This document shows, in pieces, positions 55,291 through 64,000 of a stretch of 64,000 nt of DNA. The stretch lies in NCBI GenBank assembly GCA_030596125.1, contig JAUVKT010000002.1, positions 8,011 through 72,010 on the forward strand, given 5' to 3'. The position numbers and the translations under genes were made by a program. Source of the DNA: Bacteroidales bacterium. GTDB taxonomy: Bacteria; Bacteroidota; Bacteroidia; Bacteroidales; VadinHA17. The notes beneath the pieces are model-generated. The model was given only the letters and a program-made list of their open reading frames with translations, ran no database searches and was not told where the DNA came from. Position 1 is the stretch's first letter. Each line of letters opens with the position of its first letter.

Positions 55291-56520
55291 ATGAAGCTTC
55301 TATATACTCTCGGAATCATTATTTATACCCTGGCAATCCGACTGGTTTCACCTTTTAACAGAAAGGCCGCATTATGGGTAAGAGGCAGGAAGGGGTGGAA
55401 AAAGCAGATTACAGGAAAGTTCAGTCTAACCGATACCGTTTACTGGTTTCATTGTGCTTCATTGGGTGAATTTGAGCAGGGCAGACCGGTAATTGAACTT
55501 ATTAAAAAGAAAATGCCGGAAGTTAAAATTTTGCTTACATTCTTCTCTCCTTCAGGGTATGAGATAAGGAAGAATTTTGAGAGTGCCGACCTGGTAATGT
55601 ATCTCCCCGCCGATAGACCACGGAATGTCAGATATTTTATTAAACAAGCCAATCCCGCAAAGGCTGTATTCATAAAATATGAGTTCTGGTATAATTATCT
55701 GTCTGAACTTCACCGTCAGTCTGTTCCTGTGTATCTTATCTCAGGAGTTTTCAGATCATCTCAACATTTTTTCAAATTTACAGGCAAATATTTTCTTAAT
55801 CATCTGAAGCAATTCAACCATTTTTTTGTGCAGGACAGAGAGTCTGAAAATATATTGTTGAAAGCGGGAATCAGGCAGGTAACTGTTTCAGGAGATACCC
55901 GGTTCGACAGGGTTTATTCAATATCACAATTGGCTGCCGGCAATCCTTTGCTTGCAAATTTCAAAGCCGAAAACAGGCTGGTTGTAGCAGGAAGCTCCTG
56001 GCCCCGGGATGAGGAGATAATAACTCGCTACATAAACACCAAACAGACAGATGCAAAATGGATATTTGCTCCCCATGAAGTTGATGATGCACATATTATT
56101 CAACTTGAGAAGTTGCTGAAAGTGCCGGTAATAAGGTATTCAGAAGCCGGGGATGCGGATCTCTCCGCTTACATGGTGCTGATCATTGATAGTATCGGCC
56201 TCCTGTCGTCAGTATATAAGTATGCCGATATCTCAGTAATTGGAGGAGGCTTTGGGAAAGGAATCCATAATATTCTTGAGCCTGCAACATGGGGTATACC
56301 GGTTATCTTTGGACCGAATCATAATAAATTCAATGAGGCAAACGAATTGGTTAAAACCGGAGGGGCAATGACATTTGATGATTATAGCCGGTTTGAATCG
56401 ATAATAAATGATTTCCTGACGAATCAAAAAATGCTTATAAGATCATCGGAGATATCGTTGCAATATGTGAAGGAAAATCTTGGAGCTTCACAATTTGTGG
56501 CCGACAGGCTAACCAGATAA
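55291..56520 (+). CDS. waaA: 3-deoxy-D-manno-octulosonic acid (Kdo) transferase
   Basis: The start is ATG 55291 (MKLLYTLGIIIYTLAIRLVSPF...). Motifs are WFHCASLGEFEQGRP and GGSF-like GGGFGKGIHNILEPA. The 47-codon N-terminal extension of ORF 55150 is repeat-derived. Confidence 0.9.
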   Translation: MKLLYTLGIIIYTLAIRLVSPFNRKAALWVRGRKGWKKQITGKFSLTDTVYWFHCASLGEFEQGRPVIELIKKKMPEVKILLTFFSPSGYEIRKNFESADLVMYLPADRPRNVRYFIKQANPAKAVFIKYEFWYNYLSELHRQSVPVYLISGVFRSSQHFFKFTGKYFLNHLKQFNHFFVQDRESENILLKAGIRQVTVSGDTRFDRVYSISQLAAGNPLLANFKAENRLVVAGSSWPRDEEIITRYINTKQTDAKWIFAPHEVDDAHIIQLEKLLKVPVIRYSEAGDADLSAYMVLIIDSIGLLSSVYKYADISVIGGGFGKGIHNILEPATWGIPVIFGPNHNKFNEANELVKTGGAMTFDDYSRFESIINDFLTNQKMLIRSSEISLQYVKENLGASQFVADRLTR

Positions 56521-56712
56521 TTGTTGTCAACAATTTGTTAATACCATTGTTTATAAATTGTAATAAAAATGTAACAGGAATGTTAAGTTTGGGGTTGGGT
56601 AAATTGTTATATTAGTATCCCGTTCTAACCTATTGTTATACTAATCCAGATAATCTATAAGAGATTGTTAATCAGCAATTTGGAATTTTATATTAACTTA
56701 AATATTTATTAC

Positions 56713-59700
56713 ATGAAAAAGCGAATGTTATTAATGTCGCTATTTGCGATGTTCGTAGCTGCCTCCACCATTCTTGGGCAGGGTCTCACAAACGCTGGGA
56801 TTAACGGAAAGGTTTCCGATGAGAATGACAAAGCTATGCCTGGGGCTACGGTTCTGGTTGTGCATCAGCCAACAGGTACTCAGCATGGAATTGTATCTGA
56901 CAATTCCGGGTATTTCCGCTTGCCAAACCTTATTGTTGGCGGACCTTACACAATAACTATAAGTTTTGTGGGTTATGATGATTTTGTTCGAAGCAACGTC
57001 TACCTTAACCTTGGTCAGATTTTCAAGATCTCTGCCGTTCTTGGCGAGGTACAGACTGATGTTGGCGAGGTTACAGTAGTAGGCTACAGGGTAGGTCAGT
57101 TTGAAGTATTTGATGGTAACCGGACAGGTGCCGAAACAGTTATCGGAAAAGAAAGTATTGCGAAACTTCCTACTATTTCCGGTGACCTGAACGATTTTAC
57201 CAGATATACCCCACAGGCCAGAGTTGTTGGTGCTGGAATCTCAATTGCCGGGATGAATAACCGTTATAATTCGGTTATGATTGATGGTACTGTAAATAAT
57301 GATGTGTTTGGTCTTGCTCCAAACGGAATGAATGGCGGTCAGACCGGAATATCTGCAATAAGTATTGAAACCATTGAACAGTTCCAGATTACACTTGCTC
57401 CCTACGATGTTAGATATGGTGGATTTGGTGGTGCGGGTATTAATGTTGTAACAAAGAGTGGGACCAACCAGCTTTCCGGGATGGGTTATTTCAAATACCG
57501 TAGCCAGTCCCTTGCAGGAAAAACTCCTACAGATGATGAAACAGAAGAGAGGGAGAAACTGGCTGATTTTTCAGCCAAGACTTACGGACTGAATGTAGGT
57601 GGTCCTATTATTAAGAATAAATTATTCTTCTTTGCAAATATTGAGATCCAGGCTGATGCAACTCCACAGCCATTCTCCGGAGCAGATTATGAGGGAAATA
57701 CAAGCGTTGCAGAATTGGAGGCTCTTCGTACTTTTATGACTGATAATTATAATCATGATCCGGGTGGGTTTGAGAATAACACACGTGAGTTGATAGGACG
57801 TAAAGCATTTGTGAGACTGGATTGGAACATTAACTCAAATCATCAGTTGATGTTGCGTAATCAGTATACATACGGTGAGTCAATAGGCCCGTCAAGATCC
57901 AATTCAAGAAATATTAAATTCTACAATTCGGGAGTATTGTTCCCTTCAACTACTAATACCAGCGCTCTTGAATTGAAGAGTCGTTTCTCTGATAATATAA
58001 CTAATAACCTGAAGATAGGTTATTCTTATATTCATGATGACAGGAACACCATGGGTGGAAGATTCCCGGGCGTTACTATTCTCGATGGAACAGGTAAAAT
58101 ATATGCAGGTGGCGAGATTTATTCAACCGGTAACGAACTTAAACAATCCATTTTTACTATTACTGATAATTTTCAGATTAGTAAGGGAAAACATTTTTTA
58201 ACTATTGGTACACACAATGAGTTTTATGGAATATATAACCTCTTTATGAGAAGAGCTTATGGAGATTATACATTCGATTCAGTAACAGATTTCATGAATG
58301 GAGATCCTTCATTTTACCGTATTGGGTATTCTCAGGTTGATGATATTCGTGGTGACGGTTCAGCGGCAGCTGCAGAATTTAACTTTATGCAGTTTGGAAT
58401 ATATGCCCAGGATGAATTCCAGGTTAATGAAAACCTTAAAGTTACAGCCGGTGTACGTCTTGATATTCCTGTATTCAATGATGCTCCGGCAGAAATTGCT
58501 CAATTCAACGATACAACAATGGCCAAACTTGAGGCTGTTCATGATATGGAGGGCGCTAAATCAGGTCAAATGCCTTTCACTCAGTTTATGATCTCTCCAA
58601 GGGTTGGGTTTAACTGGGATGTAAATGGCACCCAGACAACCCAGATACGTGGTGGTGTTGGTGTTTTTACATCCAGATTACCTCTTGTATGGCCTGCCGG
58701 TTCATACACAAACAACGGCTTAATGATGGGAGACTATAGAGATTATGGTCCTGCTCCAGGTTCATTTGAGCCTGATCCTGATCTGCAATATGTTCCGCCA
58801 AAAACCTCAGTTGCCGCTTCAGGTAGCCAGATCGATCTTTATGCTAAGGACTTTAAACTGCCTCAGATGTTCAGAGCTAACCTGGCGGTTGATCAAAAAC
58901 TACCGGGAGATATTGTTCTGACACTGGAAGGAATCTTCACGAAAACAATCAATAATGTACTCTGGAAAGATGTTAATGTAAAACCGGCCTGGGGTAATGC
59001 CACAGGCACGGGTGATGACAGGCCTCTGTTCAGAACTTATCATAACGGGGTAGAGGATTATTATGGGCAGATTATGCTGGGGACCAATACAAACCTTGGT
59101 TATACCTATAACTTTACTGCTCAGCTTCGCAAAGATTTTGCAACCGGTTTGAGCACCAGCCTGGCTTATACATATGGTCATTCAGAATCAGTATTTGACG
59201 GTACAAGTTCACAGAATTCATCACAGTGGAACTACCTTGTATCAAGCCCTGTCCCAAATAATCAAGCCGAACTTGGAATATCCAGCTTTGATATGGGGCA
59301 CCGTATTGTAGGCGCTTTTAGCTACGAGGTAGAGTATTTGGATATGTTTAGAACAATGATTGCCCTCTTCTATACAGGTCAGTCGGGCCGTCCAGTTTCA
59401 TATATTTATAACGACTATTATGGGAATTTCGTTTCTCAGGCATATAAAGGGCCACAACTTATTTATATTCCTGTTAATGAGAGTGATATTCATCTTGTTG
59501 ATATTTCAGGCGGACAAACGGCTGCTCAGCAGTGGACTGATCTGGATGCTTATATCAGCCAGGACGATTATTTGAATTCCAGAAGAGGTAAATATGCAGA
59601 ACGTAACGCTTCACGTGTTCCATGGGAGAATATTCTTGACCTTAAGATCGTTCAGGATGTTTTTGTAAATGTTAAGGATAGAAGACAGACACTCCAGATT

Positions 59701-59952
59701 ACTTTCGATGTGTTTAACCTTGGTAACATGGTAAATAAGAACTGGGGACGTCAGTATTATGCATCAAATGGAAACATTTCTCTTATTAAGTATGTTGACA
59801 GGATAAATGATCCGGCTACTCCTGGAAGTGAAGAGACACTACCTACATTCCAGTTTTATAAGCCTACAGATAATAAGGCTTATTATCTTGATGATAGCGG
59901 TCTCAATAGTTCAAGGTGGCAAGCACAACTTGGGATAAGATATATTTTCTAG
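56713..59952 (+). CDS. TonB-dependent outer-membrane receptor with an N-terminal carboxypeptidase-regulatory-like domain (Oar-like)
   Basis: The start is ATG 56713, with a signal peptide. It has a CarbopepD_reg-like domain (GKVSDENDKAMPGATVLV), a plug region and a long beta-barrel ending ...AQLGIRYIF. There is no adjacent susD-like gene. Confidence 0.88.
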   Translation: MKKRMLLMSLFAMFVAASTILGQGLTNAGINGKVSDENDKAMPGATVLVVHQPTGTQHGIVSDNSGYFRLPNLIVGGPYTITISFVGYDDFVRSNVYLNLGQIFKISAVLGEVQTDVGEVTVVGYRVGQFEVFDGNRTGAETVIGKESIAKLPTISGDLNDFTRYTPQARVVGAGISIAGMNNRYNSVMIDGTVNNDVFGLAPNGMNGGQTGISAISIETIEQFQITLAPYDVRYGGFGGAGINVVTKSGTNQLSGMGYFKYRSQSLAGKTPTDDETEEREKLADFSAKTYGLNVGGPIIKNKLFFFANIEIQADATPQPFSGADYEGNTSVAELEALRTFMTDNYNHDPGGFENNTRELIGRKAFVRLDWNINSNHQLMLRNQYTYGESIGPSRSNSRNIKFYNSGVLFPSTTNTSALELKSRFSDNITNNLKIGYSYIHDDRNTMGGRFPGVTILDGTGKIYAGGEIYSTGNELKQSIFTITDNFQISKGKHFLTIGTHNEFYGIYNLFMRRAYGDYTFDSVTDFMNGDPSFYRIGYSQVDDIRGDGSAAAAEFNFMQFGIYAQDEFQVNENLKVTAGVRLDIPVFNDAPAEIAQFNDTTMAKLEAVHDMEGAKSGQMPFTQFMISPRVGFNWDVNGTQTTQIRGGVGVFTSRLPLVWPAGSYTNNGLMMGDYRDYGPAPGSFEPDPDLQYVPPKTSVAASGSQIDLYAKDFKLPQMFRANLAVDQKLPGDIVLTLEGIFTKTINNVLWKDVNVKPAWGNATGTGDDRPLFRTYHNGVEDYYGQIMLGTNTNLGYTYNFTAQLRKDFATGLSTSLAYTYGHSESVFDGTSSQNSSQWNYLVSSPVPNNQAELGISSFDMGHRIVGAFSYEVEYLDMFRTMIALFYTGQSGRPVSYIYNDYYGNFVSQAYKGPQLIYIPVNESDIHLVDISGGQTAAQQWTDLDAYISQDDYLNSRRGKYAERNASRVPWENILDLKIVQDVFVNVKDRRQTLQITFDVFNLGNMVNKNWGRQYYASNGNISLIKYVDRINDPATPGSEETLPTFQFYKPTDNKAYYLDDSGLNSSRWQAQLGIRYIF

Positions 59953-59977
59953 GCTATAATCAATTATCAAAATTTAA

Positions 59978-60007
59978 GGCCGTCATTTTTTGACGGTCTT
60001 TTTTTTA
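59978..60007 (+). terminator. Rho-independent terminator after the TonB-dependent receptor gene
   Basis: The stem is CCGTCA (59980-85) / TGACGG (59991-96) with a TTTTT loop, followed by a T-run at 59999-60006. Confidence 0.75.
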
Positions 60008-60326
60008 TGAGATGGTTGATTATAAGAAATATTTTCGGACCTGGGTTACTTTATTCACGTTGTAGAGGTTGGATTTAAGCGGGAAATCTGGCTGTGAAAA
60101 CAGATAATAAATCACATAAGATCATGTTAATGTGATTCAGGGCTTCCCGGAGATAAAGTGCATGTAAACAATAAGATACAGAGAAGGTTAATAACTCATA
60201 GTGATTGTTAATAAGTATAGCTTGTCTCATCAACAAGCCTTTCTTATTTTAGCAGGACCTGGTAGAGTTACTTATCAAAAATCGAACTTACTAATAATCA
60301 AGTCAAATCGAAATATTTGGGCGTTA

Positions 60327-62987
60327 ATGGGAGACTTATTTCTTGAAAAATCTGCAGTTGCCTCCGGAAAAGGAGATGTGAAAGAGGAACTTTCTCTTGA
60401 GCTGAAAGAAAAAAATAATAGTATAGAAACGGAAGAATTCGTTTCTGAGGAAACGGTGGAGGAGAAGAAAAAAACTGCAGATAGTTTAATTTATTCTCAT
60501 GAAGAAGTAATTAAAGCCAGCATTGATTATTTTAAAGGTGACAGTCTTGCTGCAAGAGTATGGGCAAATAAATACGCTCTGAAAGATTCCTACGGTAATA
60601 TTTATGAAAGAGACCCGGATGATATGCATCGCCGCCTGGCAGGAGAAATTCACCGTATTGAGAAGAACTACCCAAATCCTGTTTCTGAAGACCTGATTTT
60701 TAGTCTGCTGAAGAATTTTAAATATATAGTGCCCCAGGGTGGGCCAATGACCGGTATCGGAAACCCATATCAGATTGCATCACTATCTAACTGTTTTGTG
60801 ATTGGCAATGAAGGAGATTCAGACTCTTACGGTGGAATACTCAAGATCGACCAGGAGCAGGTGCAATTGATGAAACGGAGGGGTGGTGTTGGTCACGACC
60901 TTTCTCATATTCGCCCTCAGGGCTCACCCGTACTTAATAGTGCCCTTACTTCTACAGGAGTTGTTCCGTTTATGGAGCGCTACTCTAACTCAACACGCGA
61001 GGTGGCACAGGATGGCAGAAGAGGAGCTCTGATGTTATCTATATCAGTAAAACATCCCGATTCAGAGAAATTTATAGATGCTAAACTTGAAGCAGGGAAG
61101 GTAACAGGAGCCAATGTCTCGGTGAAAATAACAGATGAATTTATGGAGGCTGTGAAGAGCAACAGTATATTCAGACAGCAATATCCTATCAATTCAGACA
61201 ATCCTATTTATATCAATGATATTGATGCCCGGGAGTTATGGAATAAAATTGTTCAAAATGCATGGCGATCGGCTGAACCGGGTATGTTGTTCTGGGATAC
61301 AATAAAAAGAGAGAGTGTAGCTGATTGTTATGCAGACCTTGGATATAAAACGGTATCGACCAATCCGTGTGGTGAGATTCCTCTTTGCCCGTACGATAGC
61401 TGTCGCCTGCTGGCAATAAACCTCTATGGTTATATAGATAATCCATTTACAGAAGAGGCAAAATTTGATTTCGATCTGTTTAAGGAGCATGTTCATCTTG
61501 CCCAGAGAATAATGGACGATATAATAGACCTTGAGCTTGAAAAAATAGATGCCATACTTACCAAGATCAACAATGATCCGGAAGGAGACGACATCAAGGG
61601 AACAGAGAGAACCCTTTGGATGAATATACGGAAAAAGTCCGAAGAAGGCAGACGTACAGGTATTGGTATTACAGCCGAAGGGGACATGCTTGCTGCATTA
61701 GGCCTGATCTATGGCAGTGAGGTAGCTACAGATTTTTCTGTTGAAGTACATAAAACACTTGCTATAGAAGCTTACAGAGCATCAGCAATGCTTGCAGGGG
61801 AGCGGGGAGCATTTGCCGTTTATAATACCGACCGTGAAAAGGATAATCCGTTTATAAAGAGGTTAAAAAAGGCTGATAAGGAATTATTTGATCTGATGGT
61901 TAAAAATGGCAGGAGGAACATTGCCTTGCTCACGATAGCGCCAACAGGGACCACAAGTATTATGACCCAGACTTCCTCAGGAATCGAACCTGTATTTATG
62001 CCTGTTTATAAGCGACGCAGAAAGGTTAACCCAAATGATAAGGATGTTAACATAACCTATACTGATGAGGTGGGAGATTCATGGGAAGAGTATATTGTAT
62101 TTCATAAAAAGTTTGCCGACTGGCTGATAATTAAGGGATATGATGTTGATGAGGTTATGGCAATGGATGATTATAAAATAGATGAGGTAATTGCTAAATC
62201 ACCTTATTTTAAGGCCACAGCCAATGATGTAAACTGGCTTGAAAAAGTGAGGATGCAGGGTGCGATACAGAAGTGGATAGATCATTCCATTAGCGTAACA
62301 ATAAATATCCCGAAAGAGGCGAAGAAAGAATTGGTAAGCGATCTTTATCTTACTGCCTGGGAGTCGGGTTGCAAGGGAGCGACAGTTTACCGTGAGGGAT
62401 CGAGAACCGGTGTTCTTATCTCCAAAAAGGAGGGGAAACAGAACGAAATACAGAGACGACCAAAGGTTCTTGAGGCAGACATTATTCGTTTTAACAACAA
62501 TGATGAAAAATGGATGGCCTTTGTTGGCCTGCTTGATGGCAGACCCTATGAAATTTTTACCGGTCTTGGCGACGAGGAGATGTTTCCCATACCAAAATCA
62601 ATTGTAAAAGGTTCTATCATCAAAACCAAAGATGATGAAGGGAATAACAGGTACGACTTTCAGTATACTGATAAATATGGGTATAAAAATACTATGGGTG
62701 GATTGTCACATATGTTCAAGCCCGAGTTCTGGAATTATGCCAAGCTGATATCAAGTGTGTTGAGACACGAAATGCCAATAGCAAATGTTGTTAGCCTTGT
62801 AAGATCACTACGACTCGATAACGAAACGATCAATACCTGGAAAAACGGTGTCGAAAGGGCTCTGAAGAAATATATCCCGTCAGGGACAAAAGCTAAAGGT
62901 AAATGCGAAGAGTGTGGCTCTGAAAACCTTGTGTATCAGGAGGGATGTCTTATATGTACAAATTGTGGCTCTTCTAAATGTGGTTAA
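60327..62987 (+). CDS. nrdJ: Adenosylcobalamin-dependent (class II) ribonucleotide reductase
   Basis: Class II RNR core (NPCGEIPL active-site Cys, TIAPTGT, ISVTINIP) and a C-terminal Zn-ribbon CEECGSENLVYQEGCLICTNCGSSKCG. I prefer ATG 60327 over GTG 60201. Confidence 0.92.
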   Translation: MGDLFLEKSAVASGKGDVKEELSLELKEKNNSIETEEFVSEETVEEKKKTADSLIYSHEEVIKASIDYFKGDSLAARVWANKYALKDSYGNIYERDPDDMHRRLAGEIHRIEKNYPNPVSEDLIFSLLKNFKYIVPQGGPMTGIGNPYQIASLSNCFVIGNEGDSDSYGGILKIDQEQVQLMKRRGGVGHDLSHIRPQGSPVLNSALTSTGVVPFMERYSNSTREVAQDGRRGALMLSISVKHPDSEKFIDAKLEAGKVTGANVSVKITDEFMEAVKSNSIFRQQYPINSDNPIYINDIDARELWNKIVQNAWRSAEPGMLFWDTIKRESVADCYADLGYKTVSTNPCGEIPLCPYDSCRLLAINLYGYIDNPFTEEAKFDFDLFKEHVHLAQRIMDDIIDLELEKIDAILTKINNDPEGDDIKGTERTLWMNIRKKSEEGRRTGIGITAEGDMLAALGLIYGSEVATDFSVEVHKTLAIEAYRASAMLAGERGAFAVYNTDREKDNPFIKRLKKADKELFDLMVKNGRRNIALLTIAPTGTTSIMTQTSSGIEPVFMPVYKRRRKVNPNDKDVNITYTDEVGDSWEEYIVFHKKFADWLIIKGYDVDEVMAMDDYKIDEVIAKSPYFKATANDVNWLEKVRMQGAIQKWIDHSISVTINIPKEAKKELVSDLYLTAWESGCKGATVYREGSRTGVLISKKEGKQNEIQRRPKVLEADIIRFNNNDEKWMAFVGLLDGRPYEIFTGLGDEEMFPIPKSIVKGSIIKTKDDEGNNRYDFQYTDKYGYKNTMGGLSHMFKPEFWNYAKLISSVLRHEMPIANVVSLVRSLRLDNETINTWKNGVERALKKYIPSGTKAKGKCEECGSENLVYQEGCLICTNCGSSKCG

Positions 62988-63006
62988 TATATTTTTATGG
63001 AAAGCA

Positions 63007-63039
63007 AAGCCCCGTGACATCTGTTTCGGGGTTTTTTTT
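63007..63039 (+). terminator. Rho-independent terminator after nrdJ
   Basis: The stem is CCCCG (63010-14) / CGGGG (63027-31), extendable with a G-U pair, followed by a T-run at 63032-39. Confidence 0.75.
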
Positions 63040-63047
63040 ATTTTGTT

Positions 63048-63069
63048 GAGACGCAATGCATTGCGTCTC
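63048..63069. repeat. Perfect 22-nt palindrome
   Basis: GAGACGCAATGCATTGCGTCTC is its own reverse complement. It lies between the convergent nrdJ and kbl genes, 9 nt after the nrdJ terminator T-run. Confidence 0.9.
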
Positions 63070-63101
63070 CACTACTTACCTTACCTGGCTTGACCATGGA
63101 T

Positions 63102-64000
63102 CTAGATAATTCCTAATTTTTTTCCTATCTTTTGGAATGCTGCAATGGCTCTGTCGAGATGTTCCCTGTTGTGTGCAGCAGATAATTGAACTCTTATCCT
63201 GGCCTGGTCCTTTTGAACAACCGGGTAATAAAAACCAATTACATAAATGCCCTCATCAAGAAGGCGGGCAGCAAACTCTTGTGACAGCTTAGCATCATAG
63301 AGCATTACTGCGCAAATTGCAGATTGTGTGGGTTTAATATCAAACCCGAGATTTATCATCCCGGTTATGAAATACTCAGTATTTTTATGTAGTTTATCCT
63401 GCAGGATATTTGATTCTGACATAATATCCAGCATTTTGATTCCGGCAGCGGCCACCATGGGAGGTATTGAGTTAGAGAAAAGATAGGGCCTTGATCTCTG
63501 TCGTAACATATCGATTATTTCCCTCTTTCCTGTAGTGAATCCACCAATTGCACCACCAAACGCTTTTCCAAGGGTGCCGGTTATTATCTCAACTTTGCCT
63601 TTAACACCAAAGAGCTCGGTTACACCCCTTCCTGTTTTGCCAACAACACCGGCTGAGTGCGACTCGTCAACCATAACCATGGCGCTATATTTTTCAGCCA
63701 GTTCAAGGATCCTGTCAAGAGGTGCCACGTTACCATCCATTGAAAAAACACCATCGGTCACAATAATTCGGAATCTTTGTTCCTGTGCGGCAGCAAGCCT
63801 TGACTCAAGATCTTCCATGTCTGCATTTTCATACCTGTAACGTTTTGCCTTGCATAACCTGACACCATCAATTATTGAGGCATGATTAAGAGAATCAGAT
63901 ATTATTGCATCCTCACTGGTAAGTAAAGGCTCAAAAACGCCCCCGTTGGCATCAAATGCTGCAGCGTAGAGAATAGTATCTTCTGTTCCGAAGAAACCGG
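63102..64000 (-). CDS. kbl: Glycine C-acetyltransferase (2-amino-3-ketobutyrate CoA ligase); 5' end outside the window
   Basis: The frame stays open upstream of the listed Met to the window edge (...NHASIIDGVRLCKAKRYRYENADMEDLE...). It closely resembles E. coli Kbl from memory, with the PLP-Lys motif TGTLGKAFGG. Confidence 0.93.
   Translation of the reverse strand, partial: GFFGTEDTILYAAAFDANGGVFEPLLTSEDAIISDSLNHASIIDGVRLCKAKRYRYENADMEDLESRLAAAQEQRFRIIVTDGVFSMDGNVAPLDRILELAEKYSAMVMVDESHSAGVVGKTGRGVTELFGVKGKVEIITGTLGKAFGGAIGGFTTGKREIIDMLRQRSRPYLFSNSIPPMVAAAGIKMLDIMSESNILQDKLHKNTEYFITGMINLGFDIKPTQSAICAVMLYDAKLSQEFAARLLDEGIYVIGFYYPVVQKDQARIRVQLSAAHNREHLDRAIAAFQKIGKKLGII

Noticed and set aside
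56590-56650. Direct repeat ATTGTTATAYTARTM (two copies) upstream of the TonB-dependent receptor as a Fur or other regulator box.
   Set aside because: It is short, AT-rich and imperfect. It shows no dyad symmetry and no match I can recall to a known Bacteroidota operator, so it could easily be chance in AT-rich DNA.
60040-60300. Cobalamin riboswitch upstream of the B12-dependent RNR.
   Set aside because: Only vague resemblances were seen (GGGAA..GTGAAAA, AGCAGGACCTGG). I could not find the conserved B12-box/GCCACTG core or the expected GC-rich helices. It needs cmscan and is kept only as a low-interest 'long leader' finding.
60201-60326. GTG-initiated N-terminal extension of nrdJ (VIVNKYSLSHQQAFLILAGPGRVTYQ...).
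   Set aside because: It shows no resemblance to RNR N-termini and uses a non-ATG start. The first ATG (60327) gives an acidic linker followed by the conserved region, so I treat the extension as leader RNA.

Overview
This 64-kb window looks like a chromosomal segment of a Bacteroidota genome. The evidence is the gld/por type IX secretion genes, TAnnTTTG-like -7 boxes, and the typical panC/short-glgA/DUF4270 and holB/PSP1/gldH neighbourhoods. I call 53 protein-coding genes, two of them cut by the window edges, and found no rRNA, tRNA or CRISPR. Most genes are housekeeping: topA, PBP1A, radA, panCD, metG, pgk, holB, trmB, tsaE, nrdJ, kbl and waaA. Eight type IX secretion/gliding genes are present: the porP-gldK-gldL-gldM-gldN operon, porX, a sprE/porW-like gene and gldH. 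A tight six-gene nucleotide-sugar operon (wbpE-D-B-A-like, galE, rfbB) is also present. The least ordinary content is non-coding. (1) A family of purine-rich tandem arrays, built from 7-14 nt modules (GTGACTAAA, GTGCCTAAA, GTGAGCTAAA, GTTAAAA, GTTGRGGAGAAGAA), recurs at five intergenic loci, with a lone module at a sixth, usually in sense orientation just upstream of a gene. Two arrays bracket an AT-rich thioredoxin-like lipoprotein gene, and one array supplies the stop codon of the sprE-like gene. (2) A roughly 2.7-kb accessory islet (49.1-51.85 kb) holds an AAA+/DUF4143 ATPase, three iteron-like direct repeats, a GC-rich repeat patch, and an IS200-like Y1 (RAYT-type) transposase. The transposase is flanked by mirrored triplets of short hairpins and by a duplicated terminator-like module. 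Protein-level oddities are an arginase-fold protein that seems to lack half of its metal ligands, an MGMT-like protein with Cys->Ala in the PCHR motif, and a 59-aa ORF missing from the ORF track. All family names come from motif recognition and memory. No database search was run.
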